DNA of 64,000 nucleotides from the NCBI GenBank assembly GCA_973851085.1, contig OZ316775.1, forward strand, positions 7,564,001 to 7,628,000. Reading direction: 5' to 3'. The notes under the pieces were generated by a model. That model was not told the DNA's origin. It saw only the letters and a program-made list of their open reading frames with translations, and ran no database searches. Below, one piece after another: positions 13,711 through 27,648 of this stretch. This stretch comes from Ptychomitrium polyphyllum (Eukaryota). A program made the translations under genes and the position numbers. Position 1 is the stretch's first letter; each line of letters starts with the position of its first letter.

Positions 13711-14648
13711 ATGCAAGCTTCCATTCGTGGGGGTTCTCCATCAACCCAGTTCAACTCAATAGAAAAACTCCGAAATACAACTATACATTACTAGACTTTT
13801 CAGCTCCGCTTCATGCGATGTCTAATCTCCTTGATGTATCGACTGATGCTACTGCATTACTCTCCTCACAAGGGTGGGGGCCTGCTAGAGCGGATTCAGA
13901 TCTGTAAAACACTTCAACATGACAGTAGCTTCACCGGAAAACCTCCACCTGCTTGTGCTGATCGTGTCAGAGTCAGAAGAGGCATGTTGCATTTGGCCAG
14001 ATTAACAAATAAAGGGAAGATAAGTTGCATGTATCTTGAACGATCGCTTCGTTGACACACCTTTACAACTTGGACAGAAGCCTCATAAGTGACGATTCTG
14101 CAGCAATATGACTTGAGGTCAACCACTCATGAGCAAAATGATATGGCTTCACAGATTCGCTTGCTTGGACTCATTGCAACGGGATGGTCTTCTTTACTGA
14201 ATCCACCAACGTACCATGCGTTTTCAATCGGCTGAATCGGAGTCCAGTAAGTTCGGAGCTCGGGACTCCAGGCTGAAATATGAAGCCGCTGAACTCCGTA
14301 GAATGGTGTTTAGCGCTAAATGACAAATACAGTCATTGTAAGTCATTTTACTGGTGAAATATTAATAAACTGCACGTTCATTCCACTCAACATGTTGTTT
14401 GTATTTAGTGTTGAGTGACTCTACTTCGGCGGCTTACGTTTAGAATTATAGAGAGATATTTGGAAGTGGTGATTCACAATACTAAATTTAGTGCAGTTGG
14501 ACAATTTACTATATTTTGGACAATTTCCTGTTTTGTAAGTTACTTTAGCAACCGAACTTGCAATCAAGGTTTCGTGCATTAAATTCTTTATAAAAATAAA
14601 CATTATACTCCAGAAGTTATAGACATTGATTATTCGCTCCTGCGCAGT

Positions 14649-14720
14649 GCGTCTGTAGTCCAACGGTTAGGATAATTGCCTTCCAAGCAATGGACCCGGG
14701 TTCGACTCCCGGCAGACGCA
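14649..14720 (+). tRNA. tRNA-Gly (anticodon TCC)
   Basis: GCGTCTG/CAGACGC acceptor stem, anticodon arm ATTGC-CTTCCAA-GCAAT, GGTTCGACTCCC T-arm/B-box, discriminator A; T-run (Pol III terminator) at ~14742. Confidence 0.97.
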
Positions 14721-15900
14721 TACACTACTCGATTGTAATGCTTTTTCATTTCTGGGAGTAATTGTACTTGTGATTATAGTAATACCGAGAAATTGTGGTT
14801 ATAGTTTTTTTAATTGGGACATTTCTTCATGAGTTTTTTCCTTATTTCCAATATTTACGTTTTAGAACACAGCAAGCGCCCTCTTTCAACGCTAGCATTC
14901 CCCTGCATTCCCGTTCATTGTGTGTTTCCATTTGCTTTTGCTGCGTACTTTCTTATTTTATGTTTTTTACATTTCAGCATATCTTGCATACTTATGGTCG
15001 TTACACTGTGCACTCTACAGACTTGCTCGAGTCCGGCTGAGACCGCAGTTACATATTACAAGTTCTTATCCATTTCAGCAGTTTCATTGAACTTCATGCT
15101 GCGAATGGGATTGATTCACACTACCTTCATGTTCACTGAACTGAAACGTGGTCAAGAGCTATTTGTTTATTAACCACCTCTTAACTCATGCATGTTGATG
15201 TAACTTGGAGACTGACTGTTACAATTCCAAAAAGCTACTGCACTATACGGTAATATTCTATCTTGCTTCTGAGCACCACTCTCTTCGCAAACTTGCGCAA
15301 ACGATTACCACTAGATCTTCGGCCAAAACACTAAACGCTATTTCCCATATACTAACTCAAACATCCTCCATATACAAGCCAAAACACATGGATGCGAATA
15401 TTACACAAGACATTAAGCAGTTCAGAAACATATAAGCTCACAACATCAGTTATCGCTGACATATAATAGTACTATTTTAATCTACTCTGAACAACAACAC
15501 AGGATCTGGTATTTAATTGAGCTGCGCATCAATGCCTCCCTCACACAACACACAAAGAATAGCGTAGACAGGAGCGAATATCACAAACAAAAGCAATCAT
15601 GAGAATTAAACGTGGTGTGAATCATAACTTTATCGGGAATTCGCAGATCATTAACCGTTGGTCTGTAGATCACTAAATCACAAGATGAAATTTTGAGAAA
15701 AAAAGAAAAACATTACTTTTTGAACTCGACAGAGGAGCCTGCTATAGAAACAACATCTAACCAAATCCCTTCGCGTGTCAAACCTATTGCCGAGCAGCAC
15801 AGGTGTCAAGTGTTTTAAAAGTTAGATCATGCTTGTGGATTATTTATACACAACCTGCTGGATGGATCAGTACAGCATCAATTCTGATAGATGATGTGCT

Positions 15901-16371
15901 CTAACCGGAACAAGACACTTCTGCAGATTTTAACGTGACAGGCTCCATGAATATCTCTTTGTATCGGAAGGTTACCATTTCGCCATTGCCAATCACGTTT
16001 CCATTCTTCACAATACAAGTCCCTTGCGTAGAATCCAGGCGCCTAAACACCGCCGGGTTGACCAATGACGCCGACGCAAACTGCCCGCAATGAACGATGA
16101 CTTTGGAGATGCTGCACCGGGGATTAATGCAAGTGTTGGTAATTTGTACTACCCATTCAGGCAGTCCCACTCCCGATGCCTCTCCTTGGTTGATCTTAAT
16201 ATCAAATGCTTTGCAAGACGTCGCAGCCACCAATTCCCGTTCTGTGGCCTCTTCGCTCTGTAACTTGGCGACATGAGACGTGGATTCCTGCAACGTCGCT
16301 ACGGGTCGCGCTTCACAGATCGCAAATAAGAGCAGTAACAGGTATCCAGTTGCAGTTAACCCCGATGTCAT
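15901..16371 (-). CDS. TPD1-like (TAPETUM DETERMINANT 1 family) secreted cysteine-rich protein, 156 aa, intronless
   Basis: Hydrophobic signal peptide followed by C..DIKINQG...GLPEWVVQITNTC...C.ISKVIVHCGQFASASLVNPAVFRRL...CIVKNG..I..GE.VTFRY...V.C, matching the TPD1 family pattern. Confidence 0.9.
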   Translation of the reverse strand: MTSGLTATGYLLLLLFAICEARPVATLQESTSHVAKLQSEEATERELVAATSCKAFDIKINQGEASGVGLPEWVVQITNTCINPRCSISKVIVHCGQFASASLVNPAVFRRLDSTQGTCIVKNGNVIGNGEMVTFRYKEIFMEPVTLKSAEVSCSG

Positions 16372-18466
16372 GATTTAAGAGACGTGATCACGAGCGTTTC
16401 GGTTTGCGGGAAAAAAAAAAGAAAAGTTAATGATCTGAACTCACTCTAGACTTTGGAACGAAGCTCTTGCTTCTCAAGACGGTGACCAACCTTACACCTG
16501 TCTAAGTACCAACAACATTAGATTCAATCGATGTACTTCTAACCGATGGACAAGACAGCAGCAGATTAATAAGGGAGATGTGAACGTCTTCGGGGACCTA
16601 GCTGAATCGAGCGAAAGATGGAAGAGGAGACACCTACTCAGCGCTTTTATACATGACTATACGCAGATTGGGTTTTGGGTAAGACGTTCCCGCCTGTCAA
16701 GGCTGATTGCATCCTAATCCGCACCTGCCGAGGCTTGGGCTGCAACGATGTTATCAGCTTCGGGTAAGCAATTAGTTACTGTACCATTGCATAGAATCCA
16801 TTAGATACAAATTACACTCTTTATTCTAATTAGCATTGAAACTAAATTAGTATGGATGTAAAGGAAAATCCGCTACACTAATTAAATTTAAATGAAAATT
16901 ATCATGATCTAGTATCTGGTTTTCTCTAATTGAGTATACCCCAATGATTGCCACTCACCTGCTTTACTTCTGTTCCAGTTGAGCCCCACTTTTTTTTTTT
17001 AATTCATCTTCCTCACAAATTAATGAGGAACTCTTTTACAAGTCATACCTGGTAATGATGGACAGCAAATTAATATGTGGACTTTTGAATTATTGTGAAT
17101 TACACTAATTCGAATAAAGATTGCAGTGCTCAGCAGCTGGATTTTTCTTCGATGCAAGGCTAACATTACATCACATTTCCCATTTGCACAAAATGAACTT
17201 TGCTAGTACCAAAAGTTAGCCAAATCTGAAACAAACTATTGAATCAGACTATGATTTGGGGGCCACCCTACTAAGTTCGAAAGGATAAATCCACCCACTG
17301 ACTTGGATGCCCAAGTTTAATAAATCTTATATTCCTGCCAATATTGCTAGAAAGTTTAATGTAAAACGTTCAGTGTTCCGGAGAAGTATCTGGGATACTA
17401 CTAACGGGCGGGTAATGAATGGCCATGCAACGTCACGCTGTCGCTCAATGGAGTTCTGGAATTCATTGATCTCAAATTCATATCTCAACAATTCAAAAAA
17501 GGTCACGTACGTGGCAATGAACCAAAAGCAACACAGAGGATAAGCTTGACCGGGTGTAATGTTGTAATCCAAAACATTGCAGATAATCCATAGAGGACTG
17601 CAAATATATTCCAGGACTATTTAGCTGGCTACTACTATACCAGTAACGCCTGTTTACACTTCAGTCTAAAAAGAAAGCAAGTGGAACTCAGAAATACCCC
17701 ACGATGTGTACGAGTCTTGCAGCTCACGGTTTCTTCCCTTTGAGTTTGTCCACAAAAAGTCAATGGACTCTTGGCTCGTCTCTGAACATAAACCCTATGA
17801 CCACTGATGTGTTAACAACGTAATCTCTAACATACAAGTGGCCAAATACCAGCCTGCACCCAGTAAAGAGAAACCTTCGTACCTATCAAGATTGTTATAA
17901 GTCTTAGTCAGAAACGGGCCTTGTTCTTTCCCGAGTTTATCCAATGCATTACAACCCACCCAGATCAGGTAGTATTTCAAAGCTACAAGGAAGATACCAC
18001 GGGACTACAGAGTCATCAAGGTCCTGTCCTTGTAATAGGGCCCAGAGCTGGAAGTATCTGCTCAGGTCTAAAAGTGAACTAGTAAGGACTGCTTTATCCT
18101 CCTGATGTTAAGACGTAATGATAAAATTTCAGATAAGGTTCCAGTATCCCACATTAAGATCCATGACAGAAACATTTTACAAAGCCATAAGGGTCATATT
18201 ATGAGCTGTATCCCTCACTGGGACCAGTGGATAATCTCTGTTCTCATTTCGGTGTAAGCTAATAGCATCTGCTACACAATATTAAAATAATGAGAATACA
18301 CGTCTCGTGAAGTGTATAATTATTCTCGTTAACCATAAAGGCTTTGTTCTAAGGCCGTCAGGGTGGACGGATTTTAAGTATCTGTAAGCCTGACCTGGGC
18401 TAGATAGTTTATTTCTATTGCAAAATCCGTTAAGTTTTTCAAATAATAGCAGTCCCTCTAAATCAT

Positions 18467-21400
18467 TCAGTAGCCAACAGGTGGACGAATGTATTTACCC
18501 TCCTGCAGGGCCTGTGTAATTTCCTCGAGTACCTGCAAGACAGCAGTATCCCAAGCTTCAGAACAAGCTGCCTTGTATGCCAAAGAAGGAATTTAGTTAA
18601 TAGTCTGTGGGCAAAGGTTGCAAACGTCACGTACTACAATGCTGCCAGCAGTACTGCTTATGAAGACCTTAGGATTTGCAGGGTGATTGGTAAGTGATCA
18701 ATCGCAAAGCAGAAAGCGTTTACATAGTGGGAGCTGTGAGAAGGGATTCTTCAAGAAAGGAAAGAAACTCAATCTCAAAAAACCATGTGAAAAATGTATT
18801 CAAAAAATTCTTACCTGAACTGCAATAACAGTTGGTGTAAGTGCACCTACTCCTGTCACTTGTAGGCTCGATGCCAAATCTGCACCCAACTCTCAAACTC
18901 AGTACAATTTCTGCAGTTACTGTAATTGAAATATAATTGCCGTGTACAAAACAGAATCAAGATACAAGAATATCTAATTCACAAACACCTCATTGCCGTG
19001 TATAGAATTTTAATATTGCTGTAGTAGATTCACAGCTTAACTACTAGACAAACAGTTTGCACGATAAACTAGTACAGCAACATTTGGAAGACAAAGAATA
19101 GAGTGAATATGCAATAGCCTAGATAGCAAATAGGAAGACATTGATATGGAAATAGGAGACTATACCTAGCAAGGATAACCTACAATTAGCCCGAGCATAA
19201 TGTTGCTCTCTTGCATCCATCAATTTTGATAATTTTAAGAAAGCTTTTTCAAAATCACAAGAGTCTCCACCCAAAAGAGGACGTGACTCAGTGCCGACTG
19301 TCGTTACCCGTCTGGCAAGATCCTCTACTGGTACGTCCAACCAAACAGTGATGCCGTCGCCCAAATATTCCCTACACAAACAAGACCATATACAAGATAT
19401 TAAAAACACGAAAATAAGTAAAAAGACGACTCTACTATTTAGAAAAGTGTGCGATACAATAGTAGAGTAAAACTAGCTAAACTAGGCCAAATGCAACAAA
19501 GCTGGTTCCTAGAATTAGGGTTTAGATTTACTTTTGGACGCTAGCTCTGCAAATGAAAGCTGAACCTTGTCCAATAAAACCTACGACAGCTAACCTTGAA
19601 GAAAGCAAAGAGCAGTTGCAGTATATGTACCAGTTTTCATCACGCACAACAGCACCACCGCCAGTCGCTACCACCAATGAGTTGGCTCCAGATAACTCCC
19701 GTAGTGCACGAGTCTGTGAATAACAGCCACGGCTACACAATTGCTCATCAAAGGTTCTAAAAGTTCTATTTATACAAATACTAAGGAAAGGCTTCTCTTG
19801 ATGTAGCTGGTTCAGGATACATGGAGCCTTTATTAATCGGAACTAAACAATCTTTTTCCGTTCCTCTTCCCAGTCCCTTCGTCAAACAAACCACGTTATT
19901 GTTTATGAGTTGCAAACAAGCTAATCACCAAGAAAAGATGACATTGTTGGGAGAGAAAGCAAAGCTCGGCCTTGCTAGCACAAAAAATAAATCAGAGAGG
20001 TTTTTAAAAGGTATACCTCAAGATCTCTGAATGCAGCCTCACTCTTCTGACGGAAAATCTCTTTGACTGGGAGGCCCCCAGCATAACTTTCAATCACTTC
20101 ATCACTGCAAGCAACAAAATTTATAAAACAACCATCGGATCTGGCAGAACTTCTCTTAACCTTCTTACACGCCAAGCCTGTACGCCATGGAAGTGCATAT
20201 GCGTCTAAAAACGACCCTTCTTAGTGACCCAAAATCCAAACAAGAACTGTGATGATGTTCAACAAGAACTGTGATGATGTTCAACAAGAACTAGGCTGAT
20301 ATTCTATATGAACAAGTTACACTATATTTAAAAAACAAATAATATAAATTTTTGACGCGTTATTTCACAATCAAGCATATAACGTAAGCATCTAAAATTA
20401 CAATGCCATGCACCTGTCAAAAAACGAGTAGCCAAGGGCGTCAGCCAAGACTCTTCCCACAGTTGATTTGCCAGAGGCCATCATGCCAACAAGGAAGATT
20501 GTGCCCCCTTCATTCAACTGAATCACTTCCTGGCTTTTCTTTGTCAGGAGCCCCTCAAATTCTGACAGTAAAGTTTCAGAATCGGCTGCACATGCACAGC
20601 GAAGCTGTTCTGTAAGACGACCATGCAAGACGAAAATATAAATGATATTCCAGGAAGAAAATAATTATTTAACTAATTCTACCAAAAAAATGAGGAAGAA
20701 GTTGCAAAACTTACCAGAATTGTCTATCCCTGTGCCGTCCACTTGCAATGCCTTACTTGTGGCCTGCATCTCAACAATAAGATAAATCTCATCATCAAAA
20801 GATCCCCATAGTTATACCACTCTCAACCATAAACAGAGAGGCTACATGAACTTGCTGCAATTAAAGACATAGTCCGCCATTTAACGATTTCCTTGCAAAC
20901 AAACAATGCCAAGACTTTGCGAAATTTGAATCTCATGCAAAACGATCCGATTTTAGTTGTTAAGCTAAATTAATGAACATTAATGTCCACTTACTGTGAA
21001 CATCCATATCTGAAAATCCCGATGTGAACTACAATAAACGAAGCTAATTATGAACCAAATAATCACAAGGAAATGCTGCCAACGCTGATGAAGATTACAC
21101 TAAGAATGAAAAATATAGTTTTCCTATTCCAAAAATTGAAAGCTATAGCATAACTGAGTCCCAATAAAGTCAAATACCTTCCAGGTCACATCAAATTCAC
21201 TTGGAACTGAATGCATTAATATACTGTTCAAGTATCCAACAGCATGAGCATGTGCGGTTAAGCTTGTCAATTTTAAAAGGCAATCTATTTTCAATTTCCT
21301 TACGAAACCACAAGATTACGTGTGTATTGAAAGTACGATAATCGATCACCAAGTAACGTGCACCGAACTCCTGCCCTAAACGCCACGGCTACCAGGCATG

Positions 21401-21756
21401 TCAGTCGCCACTCGCCACTCACCCGCCATGACCTCTCACTGCCTGCAAGTACCAAACCATTGAAGGCTCTCTACCCATCATGGATTAGCGAGGTACAGAA
21501 GCCTTACAAACTCAGCGACATCGTTCTCCGCAAAGAGCTGATCTCGCGCAGCGCCATTCTTAGTACCAGCGCGCACCTCCCAGCGCACGCTAGGCTGACA
21601 ATCAGATTTAACTCGCCACGAAAGCGGCCGCCCGCTCGTCGACGGCACCGCTACTCGCCCTACACACTCCCACGTCGTCACCTCCTTCAGTGCACACCTG
21701 GGATTACTCGTCACCCCTGCCAACGCAACATGACGCACCCCCACTGTCGCTGCCAT
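18467..21756 (-). CDS. SK: Shikimate kinase, plastid-targeted; predicted exons 21756-21508, 20763-20715, 20609-20414, 20104-20017, 19713-19631, 19371-19166, 18879-18815, 18532-18467
   Basis: Phase-consistent GT-AG splicing gives a transit-peptide-like N-terminus, Walker [53 protein letters not shown] and TPTVIA, the hallmark plant shikimate kinase motifs. Confidence 0.93.
20241..20292. repeat. Tandem duplication of a 22-bp unit (caagaactgtgatgatgttcaa) in a shikimate kinase intron
   Basis: Two exact copies plus a partial third. Confidence 0.9.
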
Positions 21757-22375
21757 CGCTCCTCACCTCAATCACTTGCTGATCTCCACCAGCCACTCCT
21801 CCAAATCCTCCCACAAAACCAAACTCTCCAAATCCACCTGGCTTCACAAAACTAATACAAAACCAATGCAACACGACTGGAACTCGCGATTGCAGACTGG
21901 TGCCACCACCAGAAAAGCTCGAGGTGCGAGGAATGCAAGCAACGAGAAGCGAAAAGCAGGAAACTAGGCGAAGGCGGCGTGTCTTCAAGCAAAGCGAAGA
22001 CTCGCATCCACAGTCCTCTCGACCCGTCGGCAGTATCTACCCAGAATATAGACTTTAGATCTCCGAATCTAGGAGTTTTGCGCAGATATCGTGGGCTTGT
22101 GGGCACAGTGACGCCTTTGGGGGCCGACAGAGACGTGCCAAGGGACAGTTTGACATGGATTAAGGACGCGGTGATGGCGTTGAAGTGGGGCTTTTGGGGG
22201 CCTTTCTGGGGAAATTTGTGGGTTTTCAATGACCTGTAACTGTCAAAGGTGGGTCTTTTGGAAGACTGTTGGTTGGGGGTCGCCTGTGGCTTGGATGTGG
22301 CTTGGACATCGATTGGATGTGGATTCGATATGGGTTGGCTGTGGCTTGTATGTAAATTGTACGTGGCTTGGATTT

Positions 22376-22474
22376 GGAGTGGATGTAGAGTGGATGTAGA
22401 GTGGATGTAGAGGTGGATGGAGAGTGGATGGAGAGTGGATGGAGAGTGGATGTGGGTCGGATGTGGGTCGGATG
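22376..22474. repeat. Low-complexity (GAGTGGATG/GGATGT)-type tandem array upstream of shikimate kinase
   Basis: Repeated gagtggatgta / gagtggatgga units followed by ggatgtgggtc x2. Confidence 0.85.
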
Positions 22475-25400
22475 GTGCGGCGCTGGTTTAGTTATGAGGT
22501 GGGGGCTGGAGAGCGTTGTTCGGCTGTTGCTGTTTGTGTGTTGGGACCTAGAATGGCGAGGATGGTGGAGTTTGGGGCAAGTGCAGGTCAACCTGGCAGC
22601 GCTGCCATGCATGACCACTTTCGCACCCTTTTCTGGACTCTCGAGCGTCGTCGTCTTCATTCCCTATTGGGATCCACCTTGCGACCATCTGTCCTGTGTA
22701 GCGCGAAGAGGACCCACGAGGGGGGTTGTAACTCGGGGATGGCATAACCAACAGCGAACGTGATTGTGTTGTAAGGGTTCTCGTCTAGATTCTGGGGCAA
22801 CTATGTAGGTCCTTTGTACATTCAAGGAAGTACTTATTTAATGAAACAACTAGGATTTTAAAATGTTATTAACAACTCAATGCAACTGAATATTCAGTCA
22901 ATCAAATTGGAAAATGCTTTGAGATATAACGTCCTTAACACTGAAGTTCTTTAACAGCATTTTTAGAGGCTTTTAAATGGCACGAAAACCAATTGTGAAG
23001 ATTTTTTTTTATCAAAGTTCATGTTTGGAATTTAGGATTGCTAAAAAAACTCAAAAACTAAATTAAGCTGAATTTGTACGTAAATTAAAACAAGTTTCTG
23101 CAATTTTTAGCATTGAAGCCCTACAATGCTCCTGCATGATGTTAGGAAGTTCTTCTTATCTTTAAGAAGTTCCAAATCAACCTAAGTTGCTCATATATGT
23201 ATTTACAAACGAACTTTGTTATTTTTGAATAATAATTATCAAAGAAATTATTTTTTGGATTGAAATAAGATGGTACCATTCATGGTTAAATATTGTATTT
23301 TAAATGATGAATGATCATGTCATATTATACCATGCATTGCACCATTTCATTTCAGCTCAAAAACAATCTCCATTTTAAATAGATTAATTTTATTGAATAC
23401 TTGTAGTGAAGGATCTTTTGTGTTCTTGCCATTACTTCATGTAAAATTTAAATTATTCAAGTTTTTTTTTAACTGTATGCACATGTTTAAGTAAAAAATT
23501 TAAGTAAAACTGGATGATTATGAAGTATATGTCAAATGTTTTAGCATTCATTGTTTAAACTTAAAAAACTAAAATTATCTTTCTTGCTCTTGAGTCTATT
23601 TGACAAAATAATGCTCATTAAGTTTAGTTTCTATTCTATAGATTTTCATACTCCATGATGTTTTTCATTGGATTTCAGATTTATAGTATAAGAAATTAAA
23701 ATTCTTAAATACACATTGTAATCAAATTATGTCTTTTTTAAGAATTATATCAACTTTTTTTTTAAATCAAATTTTAACAAATTTATTAAATATTTTTCAA
23801 TAAAGAATATGCGTTCATCCATTATAAATATAATTTTAATTTCTATTGCTCACTATAAAAGAATCAATAATAAAAAGACGTCTTACTCCATAATCACATA
23901 TCCATGATTTTGCAATTAAATAGGTCATAGGTTATACTTTTATATTTTAATAAAATTGAGCTATTCCATAAATAATAATAATGAAGTTTGCACTTGAATA
24001 TCATTCCTTTGAATGAATTACAATACAAAATTTGTTTTGTTAATTTTATAAAAATTCAAGGATAATAAATATTTGTGAATAAAATTTTAATATTTTTTAA
24101 TTCATTTTAATTTATAAATTTAAAATAATCTCTCATCTTTCAATAGAGATATGGTATTTTTTTTTTAACTTTCAATCTTTAAAGGTTATAAAGGCTCATG
24201 ATGAAACTCATTCTTCTAATGGTTTCAAAATTATTATTGATAATGAATTTGATTAGTAATATCTTGCAAATAAAAGCCTCTTTAAATTCATCAAATTTAT
24301 TGTGCCAAAGTTGGGCTTAAAAAAACACAATAATGAATGAAAACAACACATAATAAAACTTGAATTATAAAAATCAATTAAACTTTAATTATCCGTAAAT
24401 TCATAACTTCTATCAATATTTTGAAAGTGTTCTCAAAGTGTTCCCAAGTATTTCCAAACTTTATTAAATATCCATCTTTATATTTTATTCCAAATATTAA
24501 ATCTTATATACATCTTATCATTTAAATTTGAAAAAAGAAAAAACAATAAATGAATCAATGAATGTAGAGCAATAAAATTGAAATTATAGTTTAAAAAAAT
24601 AATTAAATTGGCCAACTAACATAAATTGTAATTTGTTTCACTTAATTTGACAAAATCTATAGAAAGTCAATTATAAAAAGTTAAAAGTTTTAAATTTTGG
24701 TGCTAAAATAATGTTTCTATTTAGAAAAACCATGGTATCTTTTAAAGATAAGATCCAATTTGCATTGTATCTTTATTTCAAATCTTCCAAGTATTCAAGT
24801 TGCTTTTAGATGTATTCTAGATAAAAAATTCTCATATTTTATTTTGTCTTATTGGTGTTACATTTATTAATTTTTATTGCCTTGCATATTTTGAATTTGA
24901 AGTATAATATTACAAATAATATGCAGCTATGAGGTGTTGCCTTTAAATTAACAAATAAATATATACATGTCTTTATATTATTTTTTATTTTTAAATAATT
25001 TTTTATTTTTATGTATGCCTCAAATAGTTATTATATTTAGGTTGTTGGAAGAAATTTTGACAAATTCATTGTTACAAAATAAATTATAAAAATTATATAT
25101 TAAAAATAATTGAAATAAGTTTGTTTTTGTAAATGGCATATAAATTTGCCTTGAAGTATGGAAATATGTTAAGTTATATACGTCTACAATCCATCATATA
25201 TCTTTAAATATGTTAAATTTGTGTTTGATCCTTTGCAACAATAAAGGATTAAAAATTTATCTCTTTTACATTTATTTGCAATAGATACTTAGTATAACAA
25301 GCTTTAGATCATACAAAAAGTATTTGATAATGGCCTATATTTTTGGTGTAATGAATTATTGACTTGTACAATGGTAGTTTCATCTACCAATTCTACAACA

Positions 25401-27584
25401 TGTATGATGCTAACTTCTAGAATTTAAATATTTTATTTAAACAAAATTACATTGTTAATAAATATCTATATGGAAAGATTAGTTGGATTTTAATAAGAAA
25501 TAAAATAATGAACAAATAGAATTTTTACATAAATTTTTAATATTTATTTGATATTAAATTTACAATTTTGTTTTTGAAATTATTTTAATAATAAATTTAA
25601 AGCATATATACTAATGAGATATAGATTAAGTTTTTAATGCATAAAAACTGTAGTATTGATTTTGATTATGCATCCTTATGTTAGAGTGAATCTAAAATCA
25701 AATTAAAATGAATACTTAAGCAATAAGCATATGATTGTTGAATAAGAAATGAAAGAATTTTGAGAGGCCAAATGAATTTGATGTCCAAAATTTGAAGCCA
25801 AAATGAGAAATTAGGCAAGTTGTTAGGAAATATTTCTAGCTAGGAAGGTAGACAATTCAAAAAGGAGCTTTTCATTTCTATTGCATTTTATTCAAATTCC
25901 ATGTGTTATACTTAAGATCATGGATCCAATCAAAATACTTTCTTGTGGAATTTGTAACATTAATTATCCTAATTTTTTTAATATTATAATTACTTTAAAA
26001 TTTGGATTTAATTAGATTATTATACAAAATTTAGGAAGATAGTAGAGCAAAATTTTGTCATAAGCAATGATGTGCAATAATCTTAATGGAAATATGTCTT
26101 CCAAGATGAATAATAAAATACAATCTAAATTAATAACAATATTTACGCACTTTGTAATATTTATGCATATGAAGATCTTTTTAATTACACCTTTTCATTT
26201 GTTATTTGACACCTTTTTAGAAGATCATGTTTTTTTTTGCTTATCAAACTTATGTATTCAAATACATATTAAAGTTTTTAATTTATTTAAAAAATATACT
26301 TTAAAATTATTATTATATAATTATAAATTAATTCTTTGTAATGTATAAGTATATTTTATTCAAAATTGATTTAATATGTGTTGAAATTTTAGAGGTTTTT
26401 TAAGTAATCTTTCAATAATAATATCAATTAACTAATATTTGAAATTTTTTATCATTATATTATGATTAATTGTTATATTTAACAATACATACATTCAATA
26501 TGATAAATACTTTCATTTTTTAGCAAGCATCAAGTAAATCTAATTCAAAACTTCCAAATTAAAGAAAAACAAGGTTCAAATGTAATAGTGTAGTATGACT
26601 TTAAAACTACTAAATTTTTTAATCTAAAGTATATTGTTACAAAATTAAAAAATTTGAGCAAATAAGAGACGTAGGCTTTGGCCATAGATTGTTTTGAAGT
26701 TTTTTTTTTATATAACTTAAAATAGCATTCAAGGATAATAAGGCATTTATGCTATGTAGTCATGATGAACTTAGCAATTTACATTTTTGCAATAAGTTCA
26801 CATGTTCTTATTATATTCAACAATGATAATATTTGACTTGCAATAACAATATGTTTAATATGGAAAGAATTTATATAAGACAAAAATACATATTTTATAA
26901 AAAAAAGCATTGCAAACCTTTATATAAGAAATTTCCTTGTTTGTAATGTATTTTATTTTAATACCTCACAAATCCTATGATTGAAAAAAAACTCTTAGTT
27001 TAACAATTTGTCTTCTAAGTAAATAAGGTTGGTAAATAAGGGTAAAATATACATTTTTATTTTAAAATTATTGTTATTAATTTTAGATCAAAATGGTCCT
27101 ATTTAAGTACTAAAATCCAACTAGAGCCTATGGAAGTGTCTTACTATTGTTCAAAAGTATCAGTGTAACACTTATGATGCTGTCCAACTGTATGTTAACA
27201 GTTCTCATTACATTCAGTTAAGACAGAGAATAAATTCTAGTTTACTACAACTAAGACCTTCAACTTGTATGTTCCGGTAATGACTGACGATTGAAAACGG
27301 ATGTCCTCCTCAATCTGACCTTGACCATATGCCTGCAATTATTTCCAGCAAATAAAACCCGCTTGGCAGTCTGCAATTTGCTCGAATACTAAGGATGCGC
27401 ATCACAGCAAGTCTGACACTAATTCGAAAAGGAGCAATGTGGTACCACCTGGAGTCATCAAAACATAACAATGCATGGCTGGAACTGCAGCCAGTTACAT
27501 GCTAGCCGCATGAAATGGCACATTATCGAATGAAGTTGAATAAAGAAGCTGAGGTAAAAGTTAGAAATTCAGAATTAGATAGGG

Positions 27585-27648
27585 CAACCGAGACATATTG
27601 ATAGACAACCATATTGATAGACAACAACCGAGACATATTGATAGACAA
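27585..27648. repeat. Compound tandem duplication (caaccgaga)catattgatagacaac x3
   Basis: catattgatagacaac occurs three times in tandem, twice preceded by caaccgaga. Confidence 0.85.

Noticed and set aside
21852..22763. Several overlapping 85-145 aa ORFs upstream of shikimate kinase
   Set aside because: Produced by GC-rich promoter/UTR and simple repeats; no recognisable domains.
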